A stretch of 62,928 nt of DNA from Candidatus Omnitrophota bacterium (GTDB lineage Bacteria > Omnitrophota > Gorgyraeia > 1-14-0-20-64-10): assembly GCA_016201735.1 (NCBI GenBank), contig JACQCH010000002.1, forward strand, positions 1 through 62,928, given 5' to 3'. The notes beneath the pieces are model-generated. The model was not told the DNA's origin. It saw only the letters and a program-made list of their open reading frames with translations, and searched no databases. The translations under genes and the position numbers were made by a program. Of this stretch, positions 18,943-28,266 are shown piece by piece (positions within the stretch are counted from its first letter, which is position 1; every line of letters starts with the position of its first letter).

Positions 18943-19128
18943 TTACCAACTCGCTTTCGTCACCCCGGGGATCTCTCCCCGATGGGCTAATTCCCTGAAG
19001 CAGATCCGGCAAAGCCGAAACTTTCTGAGATTGCCACCGGCCCGGCCGCACCGGTTGCACCGGCTGTACCGCTGCGTTGGGAATTTAGGGGAGCGTTTCC
19101 ATCGTTCAATCTGGCTTTTCTTCGCCAT
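18943..19128 (-). CDS. rpsN: Ribosomal protein S14, short Zn-binding (type Z)
   Basis: 61 aa; CNRCGR..CRICFRE cysteines. Confidence 0.94.
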   Translation of the reverse strand: MAKKSQIERWKRSPKFPTQRYSRCNRCGRAGGNLRKFRLCRICFRELAHRGEIPGVTKASW

Positions 19129-19134
19129 TCCTGT

Positions 19135-19716
19135 TTACCGCTGCTCCTTCTCTTTAAAGGGAACCCCGAGCTGTTTCAACAGCTCGTGCGCCTCTTCCCG
19201 GGACTTGGCCGAAGTACAAATGATGACATCCATCCCCTGAACACGGGTGACCTTGTCGTAATCGATCTCGGGAAAGATCATCTGCTCGGTTAAACCCATC
19301 GAGTAATTGCCGCCCCCATCAAACGCCTCCGTGGAGACTCCCCGGAAGTCACGAATCCTGGGCATCGCCACATTCACCAGCCGGTCAAAAAACTCGTACA
19401 TCCGGGTCCGCCGAAGCGTCACCTTCGCCCCCACCGGCTGCCCTTCTTTTATCTTGAAGTTGGAGATGGCTTTCTTGGCCCGGGTAATTACCGCCCGCTG
19501 GCCGACAATCAGCCCCAGCTCCTTCGCCGCCTGCTCCACCAGCTTGACATCGGCAGCCCCCTGGCCGACTCCCATGTTCACAACAATCTTTTCCAGCCGG
19601 GGGACCTGAAATCGATTCTTGTACCCAAACTGCTTCATCAAGGCCGGGATGACAGCATTCCGGTACCGCTCCAACAAGCGGGGCGCCGGCTGAACTGGCG
19701 CAGTCGCGGCCGGCAT
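19135..19716 (-). CDS. rplE: Ribosomal protein L5
   Basis: Trimmed to the ATG at 19716 (TAATG overlap with the rplX stop). LEKIVVNMGVG motif. Confidence 0.93.
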   Translation of the reverse strand: MPAATAPVQPAPRLLERYRNAVIPALMKQFGYKNRFQVPRLEKIVVNMGVGQGAADVKLVEQAAKELGLIVGQRAVITRAKKAISNFKIKEGQPVGAKVTLRRTRMYEFFDRLVNVAMPRIRDFRGVSTEAFDGGGNYSMGLTEQMIFPEIDYDKVTRVQGMDVIICTSAKSREEAHELLKQLGVPFKEKEQR

Positions 19717-20027
19717 TAAAAGGTCTCCTGACAGCGGCGGCAGATCCGGGTCTTGGCGCCGTCCGGCAAAAGCTTGAAACCCACCCGAACTCCCCGGTTG
19801 CATCGGGGACAAACCGGCAGGATCCGGTCCAACGGCAACGGGGCCTCCTTGCTGAGGATCGCTCCCTGCGGATTGGCCTGAGATTTCTTGAGGTGTCGCT
19901 TTACGATATTCAATCCCTCAACGGTCGCCCTGCTGTTCTCCGGGAAGAGCGTCAGCACCTTTCCCTTCTTTCCACGATCCTTGCCGGAGATCACCATCAC
20001 CTGATCGTTGCGCTTGACTCGAAACAT
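19716..20027 (-). CDS. rplX: Ribosomal protein L24
   Basis: Trimmed to the ATG at 20027 (MFRVKRNDQVMVISGKDRGKKGKV). Confidence 0.93.
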   Translation of the reverse strand: MFRVKRNDQVMVISGKDRGKKGKVLTLFPENSRATVEGLNIVKRHLKKSQANPQGAILSKEAPLPLDRILPVCPRCNRGVRVGFKLLPDGAKTRICRRCQETF

Positions 20028-20040
20028 CTCTCCAATCCTT

Positions 20041-20409
20041 TTAGATGGCCTCGGGGGCCAGCGAGACAATCTTCGTGAATTTCCGATCCCGTAATTCCCG
20101 GGCCACCGGCCCGAAGATCCGCGTCCCACGGGGATTCTTCTTCTCATCGATAATTACCGCAGCATTCGTGTCAAACCGGATCGTCGAACCATCCGGCCGA
20201 CGGACGGGGGCCCGGGTACGCACGATGACGGCGCGGACCACCTCCCCTTTCTTGATCATGGCGTCGGGTGTGGCTTCACGGACATTCGCGCTGATCACAT
20301 CCCCCACCTCTGCCCAGAGCTTCCCATGGCAGCCGACCACCCCAATCATGGATGCCCGCCTGACCCCGGTGTTATCCACCACCTGGAAAATAGAGCGCAT
20401 CCGGAGCAT
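20041..20409 (-). CDS. rplN: Ribosomal protein L14
   Basis: 122 aa; [16 protein letters not shown]. Confidence 0.95.
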   Translation of the reverse strand: MLRMRSIFQVVDNTGVRRASMIGVVGCHGKLWAEVGDVISANVREATPDAMIKKGEVVRAVIVRTRAPVRRPDGSTIRFDTNAAVIIDEKKNPRGTRIFGPVARELRDRKFTKIVSLAPEAI

Positions 20410-20771
20410 CAGACAGAACCTCCCACACCCTCGGGCTGTTTCTTAACTTCCTTCTTCTGCTGAACCCCCAGAGACTCCAATTCGGAGATCCGTTGGGCCT
20501 CCCGATCCTCATGCCTCTCCCCCCGTCGGAGGATCTCGACGAGGCGCCAATGTTTCTCTTTCGAGATCGGCCGGGTCTCCTCGATCCGGACCTCGTCTCC
20601 CACGTGGGACAAGTTCTCCGAATCGTGGATCTTGAATTTCTTCGACCGGCGGATCACTCGCTGATAAACCGGATGCCGGACCAGCCGGGTGACCCGAACC
20701 ACACGGGTCTTGAGCATCGCGTCGGAGACCACGAGACCGACCATCTGTCTGCGACCGGGGCCTGGGGTCAT
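20409..20771 (-). CDS. rpsQ: Ribosomal protein S17 with a charged C-terminal extension
   Basis: [22 protein letters not shown] core. ATGA overlap with rpmC. Confidence 0.9.
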   Translation of the reverse strand: MTPGPGRRQMVGLVVSDAMLKTRVVRVTRLVRHPVYQRVIRRSKKFKIHDSENLSHVGDEVRIEETRPISKEKHWRLVEILRRGERHEDREAQRISELESLGVQQKKEVKKQPEGVGGSV

Positions 20772-20971
20772 GCGGAAGCCTGCCTTTCCTGCTGTTGATT
20801 GATCAACGTAAGAACCCGAGCGGCTTCTCTCCGGGCCAACAGGATCCGATGCGGTTTGTCCAGTTTTCCCGCCGCCACCGCCATTCGCAGGTCCAACAGC
20901 TCCCGCTTCAACCCGGAAAGTTTCTGGGCCAGTTCCTCGGGACTGAGTTCTCGGAGTTGAGCCGCTTTCAT
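20768..20971 (-). CDS. rpmC: Ribosomal protein L29
   Basis: Trimmed to the ATG at 20971 ([14 protein letters not shown]). ATGA overlap with rplP. Confidence 0.92.
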   Translation of the reverse strand: MKAAQLRELSPEELAQKLSGLKRELLDLRMAVAAGKLDKPHRILLARREAARVLTLINQQQERQASA

Positions 20972-21384
20972 GCCGCCACCCGCGAAACGAATCGAGTCTT
21001 TAAAGGCAGCTTCGAGGCGGCCAGCCGCATGGCGTTTTTGGCCAGCTCCCCAGGAATCCCCTCCATCTCGACGAGGATCTTGCCCCGGCGAATGACGGCA
21101 ACCCACGTCTCTACCATTCCCTTGCCCTTTCCCATTCGGGTCTCGGCCGCTTTCTTCGTCACCGGTTTATCCGCAAAGGCCCGGAAATAAACCCGTCCGC
21201 CCCGCCGGATATGCCGGGTCAGCGCCACCCGGGCCGCCTCCAGTTGATTAGAAGTCACCCAGCCGTTCTCTAAAGCCTGAAGCCCATACTCTCCAAAATT
21301 GACCATGTATCCGCGAGTGGCGATCCCATCCCGCCGACCCCGCTGGGCCTTCCGATATTTAACTCTCTTTGGGATAAACGGCAT
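20968..21384 (-). CDS. rplP: Ribosomal protein L16
   Basis: [18 protein letters not shown]-terminus. Confidence 0.96.
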   Translation of the reverse strand: MPFIPKRVKYRKAQRGRRDGIATRGYMVNFGEYGLQALENGWVTSNQLEAARVALTRHIRRGGRVYFRAFADKPVTKKAAETRMGKGKGMVETWVAVIRRGKILVEMEGIPGELAKNAMRLAASKLPLKTRFVSRVAA

Positions 21385-21399
21385 TGATAAGCTTCCTCT

Positions 21400-22098
21400 T
21401 TAAGAGCCGGCCGCGCCGCTCGGTTGAGGGGCCGCCGCAGCGGCTTCAGGAGCCGGCCCCGAGGTCTTGGAGAGAAGCGAGTCCCCTTTGTAGATCCAGC
21501 ACTTAACGCCGATCCGTCCGTAGGTGGTTTTGGCTTCGGCGAATCCATAATCGATGTTGGCCCGGAAAGTTCCCAACGGAACCTTTCCGTCTTTGTAGCT
21601 TTCCACCCGGGACATCTCGGCTCCTCCCAAGCGGCCTCCGCATCGAACCTTGATCCCTAAGCCCCCCGCCGTCATCGCCAGCTGAACCGCCCGCTTCATG
21701 GCCCGCCGGAAGCTCACCTGCCGCTCTAATTGGAAGGCGATGTTTTCCGCCACCAACTGCGCCTCGACGGCCGGATTCTTCACCTCTTTGATGTCAATCG
21801 CAATCTCCCGGTGGGTCATGGCATGCAGGTCTTCCCGAAGCCGGTCGATGTCCGCCCCCCGGCGGCCGATGACGATCCCTGGCCGGGCGGAATGGATGAT
21901 CACCCGGACCCGGCTTGCAGTCCGCTCAATCTCCACCCGATTGACGGCGGCGTTCCCCAGATTCTTGTGCAGAAACTGGCGGATCTTATCATCCTCGTTG
22001 AGCAACAGGCCGAAGGCCTGCTTCTTGGAGAACCAACGGGAATTCCAAGTCCGCGTAAATCCCAGCCGATTGGCCAGCGGAGGAACCTTATGCCCCAA
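21400..22098 (-). CDS. rpsC: Ribosomal protein S3
   Basis: MGHKVPPLANRLG.. and a KH domain. Confidence 0.96.
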   Translation of the reverse strand: MGHKVPPLANRLGFTRTWNSRWFSKKQAFGLLLNEDDKIRQFLHKNLGNAAVNRVEIERTASRVRVIIHSARPGIVIGRRGADIDRLREDLHAMTHREIAIDIKEVKNPAVEAQLVAENIAFQLERQVSFRRAMKRAVQLAMTAGGLGIKVRCGGRLGGAEMSRVESYKDGKVPLGTFRANIDYGFAEAKTTYGRIGVKCWIYKGDSLLSKTSGPAPEAAAAAPQPSGAAGS

Positions 22099-22101
22099 GG
22101 A

Positions 22102-22455
22102 TCACCTCTTCACTTTCGAACCGTTCTTGGCATCCAATTGAATGATCAAATGAGATGATTTCTTCTGGAAACCCATCGCCCGGCCCATCGGAGCCGCCCG
22201 GAATCGCTTGGCCGACGGCCCCTCATCCGCCAGCACCCTGGAAATAACCAGCTGTTCCGGGGTCCAAGTTCCCTGACGAGTCGCATTGGCCACAGCGCTG
22301 TGGAGCACCTTAGCAATAGGAACCGCCGCCCCCCTGTTCAGGTTCTTAAGAAGGGCTTGGGCCTGAGGAACCTCCAACCCCCTGATGAGCCGGACCACCG
22401 ATCGGATCTTCCGAGGGGCGACGGGAAGGAACCGGCATTGGGCCTGTGCGATCAT
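22102..22455 (-). CDS. rplV: Ribosomal protein L22
   Basis: 117 aa; operon position; [13 protein letters not shown]. Confidence 0.94.
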   Translation of the reverse strand: MIAQAQCRFLPVAPRKIRSVVRLIRGLEVPQAQALLKNLNRGAAVPIAKVLHSAVANATRQGTWTPEQLVISRVLADEGPSAKRFRAAPMGRAMGFQKKSSHLIIQLDAKNGSKVKR

Positions 22456-22739
22456 GTCTTCGCCTGGGGTTTGGTCACGCCCTTGACCCCGTGCTTCTTG
22501 AACGTCCGCGTTGGGGAAAACTCCCCTAACTTATGCCCCACCATGTTCTCGGTCGCGAAAACGGGAAGAAACTTATTGCCGTTGTGAACCAGAAACGTAT
22601 GCCCCACGAAATCCGGCGTCACCGTGGAACGCCGGGACCAGGTCTTAATGGGTTTGCGCTCACCGGATTTCCCGAGCTTCTCGATCTTCTCCATCAAACA
22701 TTTGTCCACGAAGGGACCCTTGCGTGTGGATCGTCCCAT
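22452..22739 (-). CDS. rpsS: Ribosomal protein S19
   Basis: Trimmed to the ATG at 22739 ([12 protein letters not shown]..). The longer ORF reads through the inserted element. Confidence 0.93.
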   Translation of the reverse strand: MGRSTRKGPFVDKCLMEKIEKLGKSGERKPIKTWSRRSTVTPDFVGHTFLVHNGNKFLPVFATENMVGHKLGEFSPTRTFKKHGVKGVTKPQAKT

Positions 22740-22741
22740 TA

Positions 22742-23015
22742 GTGTTGCCAACCGTGAGTTCTCAGCCCGTTGGCTGAGGCGATTTTGGAGCGAGACAAGG
22801 AGCGAGGAGCGAGCATACTGAAACGAAGTATGTGAGCGACGAGCGACGCAGTCGCAGCCCAAAAGCGCCCAGCCCCTTCGGGGAAGCCCAGGATTGGTCC
22901 ATTTCTTCGTTGCTCCTCCTCGACGTGTTCCAGAGAACACGCCTTCGTCGTCGCGCCTCGAACTGGCCTCAATCCTGGGCTTCCAACGAGCTGAGAACTC
23001 ACGGTTGGCAACACC
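22742..23015. mobile_element. ~274-nt MITE with perfect 25-bp TIRs and a TA duplication, filling the rplB-rpsS gap
   Basis: GTGTTGCCAACCGTGAGTTCTCAGC (22742-22766) is the exact inverse of 22990-23014. TA lies at 22740-41 and 23016-17. Internal hairpins include CCCC-TTCG-GGGG and GGAAGCCCAGGATTG/CAATCCTGGGCTTCC. Confidence 0.8.
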
Positions 23016-23842
23016 TAGCGCCGCCGCTTCACAATGTACCGATCGGAGAGCTTTCGCTTTGATCGGGTTTTGAATCCTTTGGTCTGCCATCCCCAGGGAG
23101 AAACTGGGTGAGGATTCCCCTGACCGGATTTTCCTTCTCCGCCTCCATGCGGGTGATCATGCGGGTTCATCGCCAACCCGCGGGTATGAGGGCGGTGCCC
23201 AAGCCAACGGGACCTCCCCGCCTTGCCCAAAGAGAGACTTCCATGATCCTCATTGCCGATCTGGCCCACCGTGGCATAGCAGACAGCACGGACCATCCGC
23301 ATTTCACCGGAAGGAAGGCGCAGCGTCGCGAAGTCTCCTTCCTTGGCCAAGAGCTGGGCCGCCGTGCCGGCGGAACGGACGATCTGTCCGCCACGCCCCG
23401 GCTCCAGCTCAATGTTGTGCACAAAGGTTCCCAATGGGATCGCTGTCAAGGGCAGAGCGTTCCCCGGAGAAACCTCCGCCTTCTCTCCAGACATCACGCT
23501 GGTCCCAACCGTCAATTCTCTGGGAGCCACGATGTACCGCCGCTGCGCATCCGGATACTCCAGCAGGGCCAGCCGGGCGGACCGGTTCGGATCGTATTCG
23601 ATCGCCACCACCCGGGCGGGAACATCCCTCCGGTCCCTCTTGAAATCGACAATCCGGATCATCCGTTTGCGCCCGCCCCCTCGATGGCGGACGGTCACGC
23701 GGCCCCGATTGTTGCGGCCGCCCGAGCCCCTTAAAGGAACGAGGAGTCCCTTCTCCGGCTTATCCTTCGTGATCTCCTCGAAGGTTGCGGTCGTCATGTG
23801 CCGCCGAGAAGGAGTGTACGGTTTATAGCTTTTTACCGCCAT
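23015..23842 (-). CDS. rplB: Ribosomal protein L2
   Basis: 275 aa; [16 protein letters not shown] and HPHGGGEG motifs. Confidence 0.97.
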   Translation of the reverse strand: MAVKSYKPYTPSRRHMTTATFEEITKDKPEKGLLVPLRGSGGRNNRGRVTVRHRGGGRKRMIRIVDFKRDRRDVPARVVAIEYDPNRSARLALLEYPDAQRRYIVAPRELTVGTSVMSGEKAEVSPGNALPLTAIPLGTFVHNIELEPGRGGQIVRSAGTAAQLLAKEGDFATLRLPSGEMRMVRAVCYATVGQIGNEDHGSLSLGKAGRSRWLGHRPHTRGLAMNPHDHPHGGGEGKSGQGNPHPVSPWGWQTKGFKTRSKRKLSDRYIVKRRR

Positions 23843-24126
23843 CAGACAGCGACCTCAATTTTGGATCCCTCAGCCAGCGTCACCGCCGCTTTCTTCCAGT
23901 CCGGCTTTAAACCCCAGCGGGCCCCGACACGGCGGGGTTTGCCTGAAACGACAGCGGTGTTAACGCAGTTTACCTTCACCTTGAACAACTGCTCCACCGC
24001 CCGTCGAATCTCCGGTTTGGTCGCTTTAAGATCCACCACAAAGAAATATTTCCGCTGGGCGGCCTGCTTGGTTCCTTTCTCGGTCCGGAGCATCTGCCGG
24101 ATGACATCTTCCGCGACTCGGCTCAC
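23842..24126 (-). CDS. rplW: Ribosomal protein L23
   Basis: 94 aa with GTG start, 8 nt after GGAGGG contributed by the family-2 element. Confidence 0.92.
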   Translation of the reverse strand: MSRVAEDVIRQMLRTEKGTKQAAQRKYFFVVDLKATKPEIRRAVEQLFKVKVNCVNTAVVSGKPRRVGARWGLKPDWKKAAVTLAEGSKIEVAV

Positions 24127-24131
24127 CGTAC

Positions 24132-24274
24132 GCGCCCTCCGGCCGCCCTCTGGCGGCCTTCGGGTCGGCCTCCCGCCGTGCTGTCGCTCGGCCCGACGGC
24201 CTCGCTTTTCCTCGCTCCGCTCGGCGCACGGCTCCCCTGAACCGCTGAATAAGGGAAAAAACTGCAGCGGTTCA
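24132..24274. repeat. Family-2 intergenic element, copy 1 (between rplD and rplW)
   Basis: About nine-tenths identical by eye to 37988..38131. In RNA sense it starts with TGAACCGCTG..CAGCGGTTCA (its TGA is the rplD stop) and ends with GGCCGCC-AGAG-GGCGGCC followed by GGAGGGCGC. Confidence 0.8.
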
Positions 24275-24895
24275 GCATGAAACCCGCGCCTCCAATTGCT
24301 TCAACCCCTCAGACGTCACCACCATCTGATGGTGGGACAGAACATCGTAGCAGTTCAAATCGGACGCCGGCTTGACCGCCACACGCGGCAAGTTCCTGGA
24401 GATCCGGACCAAGAGAGGACTCGGTCGATCCGTCACCAGCAGAGCTCCCTTCTCCACTTTCATCTCCTGAAGAAGCCGCCCCAACGCTTTTGTCTTCGGC
24501 TGCAGCTGCTCGAAGCTCTCCACCGCCTTCACCGCCTGATCGGACACCTTCGCCTTCAAACTTTCCACCAGCGCCTTGCGCCGGATCTGGGCGGGCAATT
24601 GGTACCGGTATTCCCGCGGATGCGGTCCAAAAACGATCCCTCCTCCGCGCCAGAGGGGAGAACGGATCGAACCAGCGCGCGCGCGCCCGGTATGTTTTTG
24701 AGCCCACGGTTTCTTTCCTCCGCCGGAAACTTCCCCCCGGGTCTTGGTATCCGCCGTCCCCTGCCTCTGGTTCGCCAGATACATCCGGACCGCCTGCCAC
24801 AGCACGGCCTTATCCGCAGGACCCTCCAAGGATTTCGGCAGCGGGAGGGATCCGATTTTTTGGCCTTCCAGATTATGCAGATCGATCTCCGGCAT
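24272..24895 (-). CDS. rplD: Ribosomal protein L4
   Basis: 207 aa; GGGKKPWAQKHTGRARAGSIRSPLWRGGG motif. Confidence 0.96.
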   Translation of the reverse strand: MPEIDLHNLEGQKIGSLPLPKSLEGPADKAVLWQAVRMYLANQRQGTADTKTRGEVSGGGKKPWAQKHTGRARAGSIRSPLWRGGGIVFGPHPREYRYQLPAQIRRKALVESLKAKVSDQAVKAVESFEQLQPKTKALGRLLQEMKVEKGALLVTDRPSPLLVRISRNLPRVAVKPASDLNCYDVLSHHQMVVTSEGLKQLEARVSC

Positions 24896-25662
24896 TATTT
24901 CTTCTCCTTGGCGGCCGCGGGGGCTTTGGGAGCAGGCGCCTTGGCGGCTGCCGCTTTCGCAGCCGGCGCTTTTGCCGCCTGGGGAGCACCCGCCTTCTTC
25001 TTTACCTGAGGAGCGTGCACCACTTTAGGCGGCTTGCGTGATCTCCGGATCAACACAACTCCCTGATCATGGCCGGGAACCGCCCCCTTAACCAGCAGCA
25101 GATTTTCGGCGGCATCGACCCGGATCACCTCGAGGGCCTGCGTTGTCACCCGCTCTCCTCCCATTCGACCCGGCAGATGATGCCCTTTAAAAACCCGGGA
25201 AGGATTCGTGCTGGAACCGATCGAACCGGGAGCCCGGTGCGACATGGAGCCGTGCGTCTGCGGGCCTCCCTTCCAATGCCAACGCTTCACCCCTCCCTGA
25301 AACCCTTTCCCAATAGAAGTCCCCGTCACATCGATCCGATCTCCGGGCTTAAACAGATCAACGGTCACAGAAGACCCCACGGCAACCTGCTGATCGGCAG
25401 GAAGGCGAAATTCCCGCACCAGACGCTGTGGGGAAACGTTGGCCTTGGTGAACCGTCCCAAGAAAGGCTTGGAAATCCTCTTCGAATCCCCCGGCTCAAA
25501 ACCGAGCTGGACCGCTCGATAACCATCCTTTTCAGGAGTTTTCACCTGGACCACCGTGCAGGGGCCTGCCGCAAGAACGGTGACCGGAACCGGCCGGCCA
25601 TCCTCCCGGAAGATCTGCGCCATTCCCAGTTTTCGTCCTATCAATCCCAGCCCCGGTTTCAC
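24895..25662 (-). CDS. rplC: Ribosomal protein L3 with an A/K/P-rich C-terminal tail
   Basis: Trimmed to the GTG at 25662 (VKPGLGLIGRKLGMAQIF), preceded by GGAGGGG from MITE copy B. Confidence 0.9.
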   Translation of the reverse strand: MKPGLGLIGRKLGMAQIFREDGRPVPVTVLAAGPCTVVQVKTPEKDGYRAVQLGFEPGDSKRISKPFLGRFTKANVSPQRLVREFRLPADQQVAVGSSVTVDLFKPGDRIDVTGTSIGKGFQGGVKRWHWKGGPQTHGSMSHRAPGSIGSSTNPSRVFKGHHLPGRMGGERVTTQALEVIRVDAAENLLLVKGAVPGHDQGVVLIRRSRKPPKVVHAPQVKKKAGAPQAAKAPAAKAAAAKAPAPKAPAAAKEKK

Positions 25663-25801
25663 CCCGCCCCTCCCGAGTTCCGCTTCTCTCCCTGCAGGGA
25701 GAGAAGCACTGTGCCGAAGGCACAGATGCCCTCGGCTGTCTCCCACTTGAATCTTAAAGAATCCACCCCTCCTGCCGAGGGCATACCCCGGAGGGGCGGG
25801 G
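25662..25801. mobile_element. Family-1 MITE copy B (between rpsJ and rplC)
   Basis: TIRs at 25662-75 and 25788-801; TCA at 25659-61 and 25802-04. Hairpins CTTCTCTCCC-TGCA-GGGAGAGAAG, CTGTGCC-GAA-GGCACAG and GCCCTCGGC/GCCGAGGGC. Confidence 0.85.
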
Positions 25802-26113
25802 TCATTTGATTTCCACGTCCACGCCGGCGGGCAGATCCAACTTCCGCAGCGCATCGACCGTCTTGGAGGTCGGGTTCAGAATATCCAGAAGGCGCTTATG
25901 CGTCTTCATCTGGAACTGCTCGCGGGATTTCTTATCAACATGAGGAGAACGCAAAACCGTGTAAATCTCCCGCCTTGTGGGAAGCGGCACCGGGCCCGAA
26001 ACCGAAGCCCCGGTCCGGCGGGCCGACTCGACGATCTCCGCCGTCGACTGGTCCAGGATTCGGTGATCGTATGCCTTCAACTTGATCCGGATCTTCCTCT
26101 GTTGTTCGGCCAT
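25802..26113 (-). CDS. rpsJ: Ribosomal protein S10
   Basis: Trimmed to the ATG at 26113 ([21 protein letters not shown]). TGATG overlap with the fusA stop. Confidence 0.95.
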   Translation of the reverse strand: MAEQQRKIRIKLKAYDHRILDQSTAEIVESARRTGASVSGPVPLPTRREIYTVLRSPHVDKKSREQFQMKTHKRLLDILNPTSKTVDALRKLDLPAGVDVEIK

Positions 26114-28254
26114 CAGCGGGACCCTCTTCCTCCCCTGCCCCCAGCTCCTCCTTCGAGGAGCCTCTTGGCAACCGCCACCGGCACGGGATCGTATTTCAAC
26201 GGCTCCATGTTGAATGAACCTCGCCCCTGGGTAAGACTTCGGATGATCGTCGCGTACCCGAACATCTCGCCCAGCGGAACCTCTCCATGAATCACCTTCA
26301 CGTTGGCCCGCTGACCCATCTCCGAAACCCGGCACCGGCGGCTGTTCAAATCGCCGATGACCTCCCCCATGTAATCCTCCGGCACGATCACCTCCAGCTT
26401 CATGATCGGCTCCAGAAAGATCGGGGACCCGGAGCGGATTCCTTCCTTGAAGCCGAGCGAACCGGCCAGCTTGAACGCCATCTCGGAGGAGTCCACCTGG
26501 TGATAGGAACCTTCCACGAGAGTCACCGACACATCAATGACCGGATAGCCGGCCAGGACTCCCCCTTTGGCCGCCTCGATCACCCCTTCCTTGACCGCGG
26601 GGATGTATTCTTTCGGAATCGCCCCACCCACGACTTTATTCACAAACAGGACCCCGCTGCCCCGCTCCCCCGGCTCCATGTCCAACACCACGTGTCCGTA
26701 CTGACCCCGGCCGCCGCTCTGCCGGATGAACTTGCCGACGGCCTGTACCTTCTTGGTCATCGTCTCCTTGTAAGCGACCTGCGGGGGACCGACCTTGGTG
26801 CCCACCTTGAACTCCCGCTTCAAGCGGTCGACGAGAATATCCAGGTGAAGCTCCCCCATCCCGGCAATGATCGTCTGGGCGGTCTCCGTGTTGTAGGTGA
26901 CCCTGAACGACGGGTCCTCCTCCTCCAACCGTTTCAGCGCCGTGCTGAGTTTTTCCTGGTCCATCTTCGTTTCCACTTCGATCGCCAGCGACACCACCGG
27001 CTCCGGGAAAACCATCGATTCCAGCAAAATCGGGTGCTCCTTCTCGCAGATCGTTTCGCCGGTCTTCGTGTCCTTCAACCCCACCGCGGCTGCGATATCG
27101 CCGGCGGAAACCTCCTCCACGATCTCCTGCTTGTTCGCGTGCATCCGGACGAGCTTGCCGATCCGTTCCTGCGTTTCCTTATTGGCGTTGTAGACATAGG
27201 AGCCGGACTTGAACACGCCGGAATAGACCCGGAAGAAGGTAAGTTTTCCCACAAACGGATCGCTCATGATCTTAAAGGCCAGCGCGCAGAATGGGGACTT
27301 CACAGAGGTCTCCCGGATCTCCTCCTGCTGAGTATCGGGATTGATCCCCTTGATCGGCGGGATGTCCAAGGGCGAGGGCAGATAGTCCACCACGGCATCC
27401 AACAGGAACTGGACCCCCTTATTCCGGAAGGATGCCCCACAGAAAACCGGAACGATCTTCCCGGCAATGGTCGCCCGCCGGATGGCGGCATGGAGCTCCT
27501 CCACCGTCACCTTGTCCATCGAATCGTGGACAAAGTGCCCCATGATCTTCTCGTCCGCCTCAGCAACCCTCTCAAGCATCTTTGTGCGCCAGATCTTCAC
27601 CTGGTCCTTGTATTCATCGGAGACCGGTTTGGACTCGATGGTCAGCCCCTTCTCATCCGTGTAGATCTTCATCTCCTGGGTCAACAGATCGATCGGCCCC
27701 TGAAACTTGGCCTCCGATCCGATCGGAAGCTGCAGCGGAACCGGAACCGATCCCAGCCGCTCCTCGATCTGACCCAGAGTCATGAAGAAGTCCGCTCCCG
27801 TCCGGTCCATCTTGTTGATGTACGCCATCCGCGGCACGTGGTACCGGTCCGCCTGGCGCCAGACCGTTTCCGACTGGGGCTCGACACCGGCCACCGCGTC
27901 GAAGATGACGATGCAGCCGTCGAGAACCTTGAGACTCCGCTCCACCTCCACGGTGAAATCCACATGCCCCGGGGTATCGATCAGGTTGAACCGGTGATCG
28001 CGCCAGAAACAGGTGGTCGCGGCCGAGGTGATCGTGATCCCCCTCTCCTGCTCCTGGATCATCCAGTCCATCGTCGCGGTCCCCTCATCCACCGATCCGA
28101 TCTTGTGGACCCGGCCGGTGTAGAACAGGATCCGCTCGCTGGTCGTTGTTTTCCCAGCATCGATGTGGGCGACGATCCCGAAGTTCCTTGTCCTATCTAA
28201 CGGAGTTTGGCTCATTTTACCCGGCGATACCGTTTCTGACTGCGCCTGCGCCAT
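26113..28254 (-). CDS. fusA: Elongation factor G
   Basis: 713 aa; [15 protein letters not shown]-domain. The start could be the internal ATG at 28215. GGRGGRG tail. Confidence 0.96.
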   Translation of the reverse strand: MAQAQSETVSPGKMSQTPLDRTRNFGIVAHIDAGKTTTSERILFYTGRVHKIGSVDEGTATMDWMIQEQERGITITSAATTCFWRDHRFNLIDTPGHVDFTVEVERSLKVLDGCIVIFDAVAGVEPQSETVWRQADRYHVPRMAYINKMDRTGADFFMTLGQIEERLGSVPVPLQLPIGSEAKFQGPIDLLTQEMKIYTDEKGLTIESKPVSDEYKDQVKIWRTKMLERVAEADEKIMGHFVHDSMDKVTVEELHAAIRRATIAGKIVPVFCGASFRNKGVQFLLDAVVDYLPSPLDIPPIKGINPDTQQEEIRETSVKSPFCALAFKIMSDPFVGKLTFFRVYSGVFKSGSYVYNANKETQERIGKLVRMHANKQEIVEEVSAGDIAAAVGLKDTKTGETICEKEHPILLESMVFPEPVVSLAIEVETKMDQEKLSTALKRLEEEDPSFRVTYNTETAQTIIAGMGELHLDILVDRLKREFKVGTKVGPPQVAYKETMTKKVQAVGKFIRQSGGRGQYGHVVLDMEPGERGSGVLFVNKVVGGAIPKEYIPAVKEGVIEAAKGGVLAGYPVIDVSVTLVEGSYHQVDSSEMAFKLAGSLGFKEGIRSGSPIFLEPIMKLEVIVPEDYMGEVIGDLNSRRCRVSEMGQRANVKVIHGEVPLGEMFGYATIIRSLTQGRGSFNMEPLKYDPVPVAVAKRLLEGGAGGRGGRGSR

Positions 28255-28266
28255 GAGAGGGCTGCT

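Noticed and set aside
22739-23062. ORFs of 91 aa (minus) and 76 aa (plus) inside the rplB/rpsS element
   Set aside because: They lie within a TIR-bounded hairpin-rich element, have no start context and no recognisable domain. The minus-strand one is only the read-through frame of rpsS.
25663-25854. N-terminal extensions of rplC and rplA (38825..38908) sharing the peptide G(D/R)RGHLCLRHS..PAG..G..RGGV
   Set aside because: The shared peptide is just the translation of the shared MITE DNA. The canonical L3 and L1 N-termini begin at the GTG at the element edge, with an SD in front.
26287-28200. 637-aa plus-strand ORF antisense to fusA
   Set aside because: Same reasoning: it is a mirror frame of EF-G, has no recognisable domain, and has an extreme R/P/L/H/D composition.
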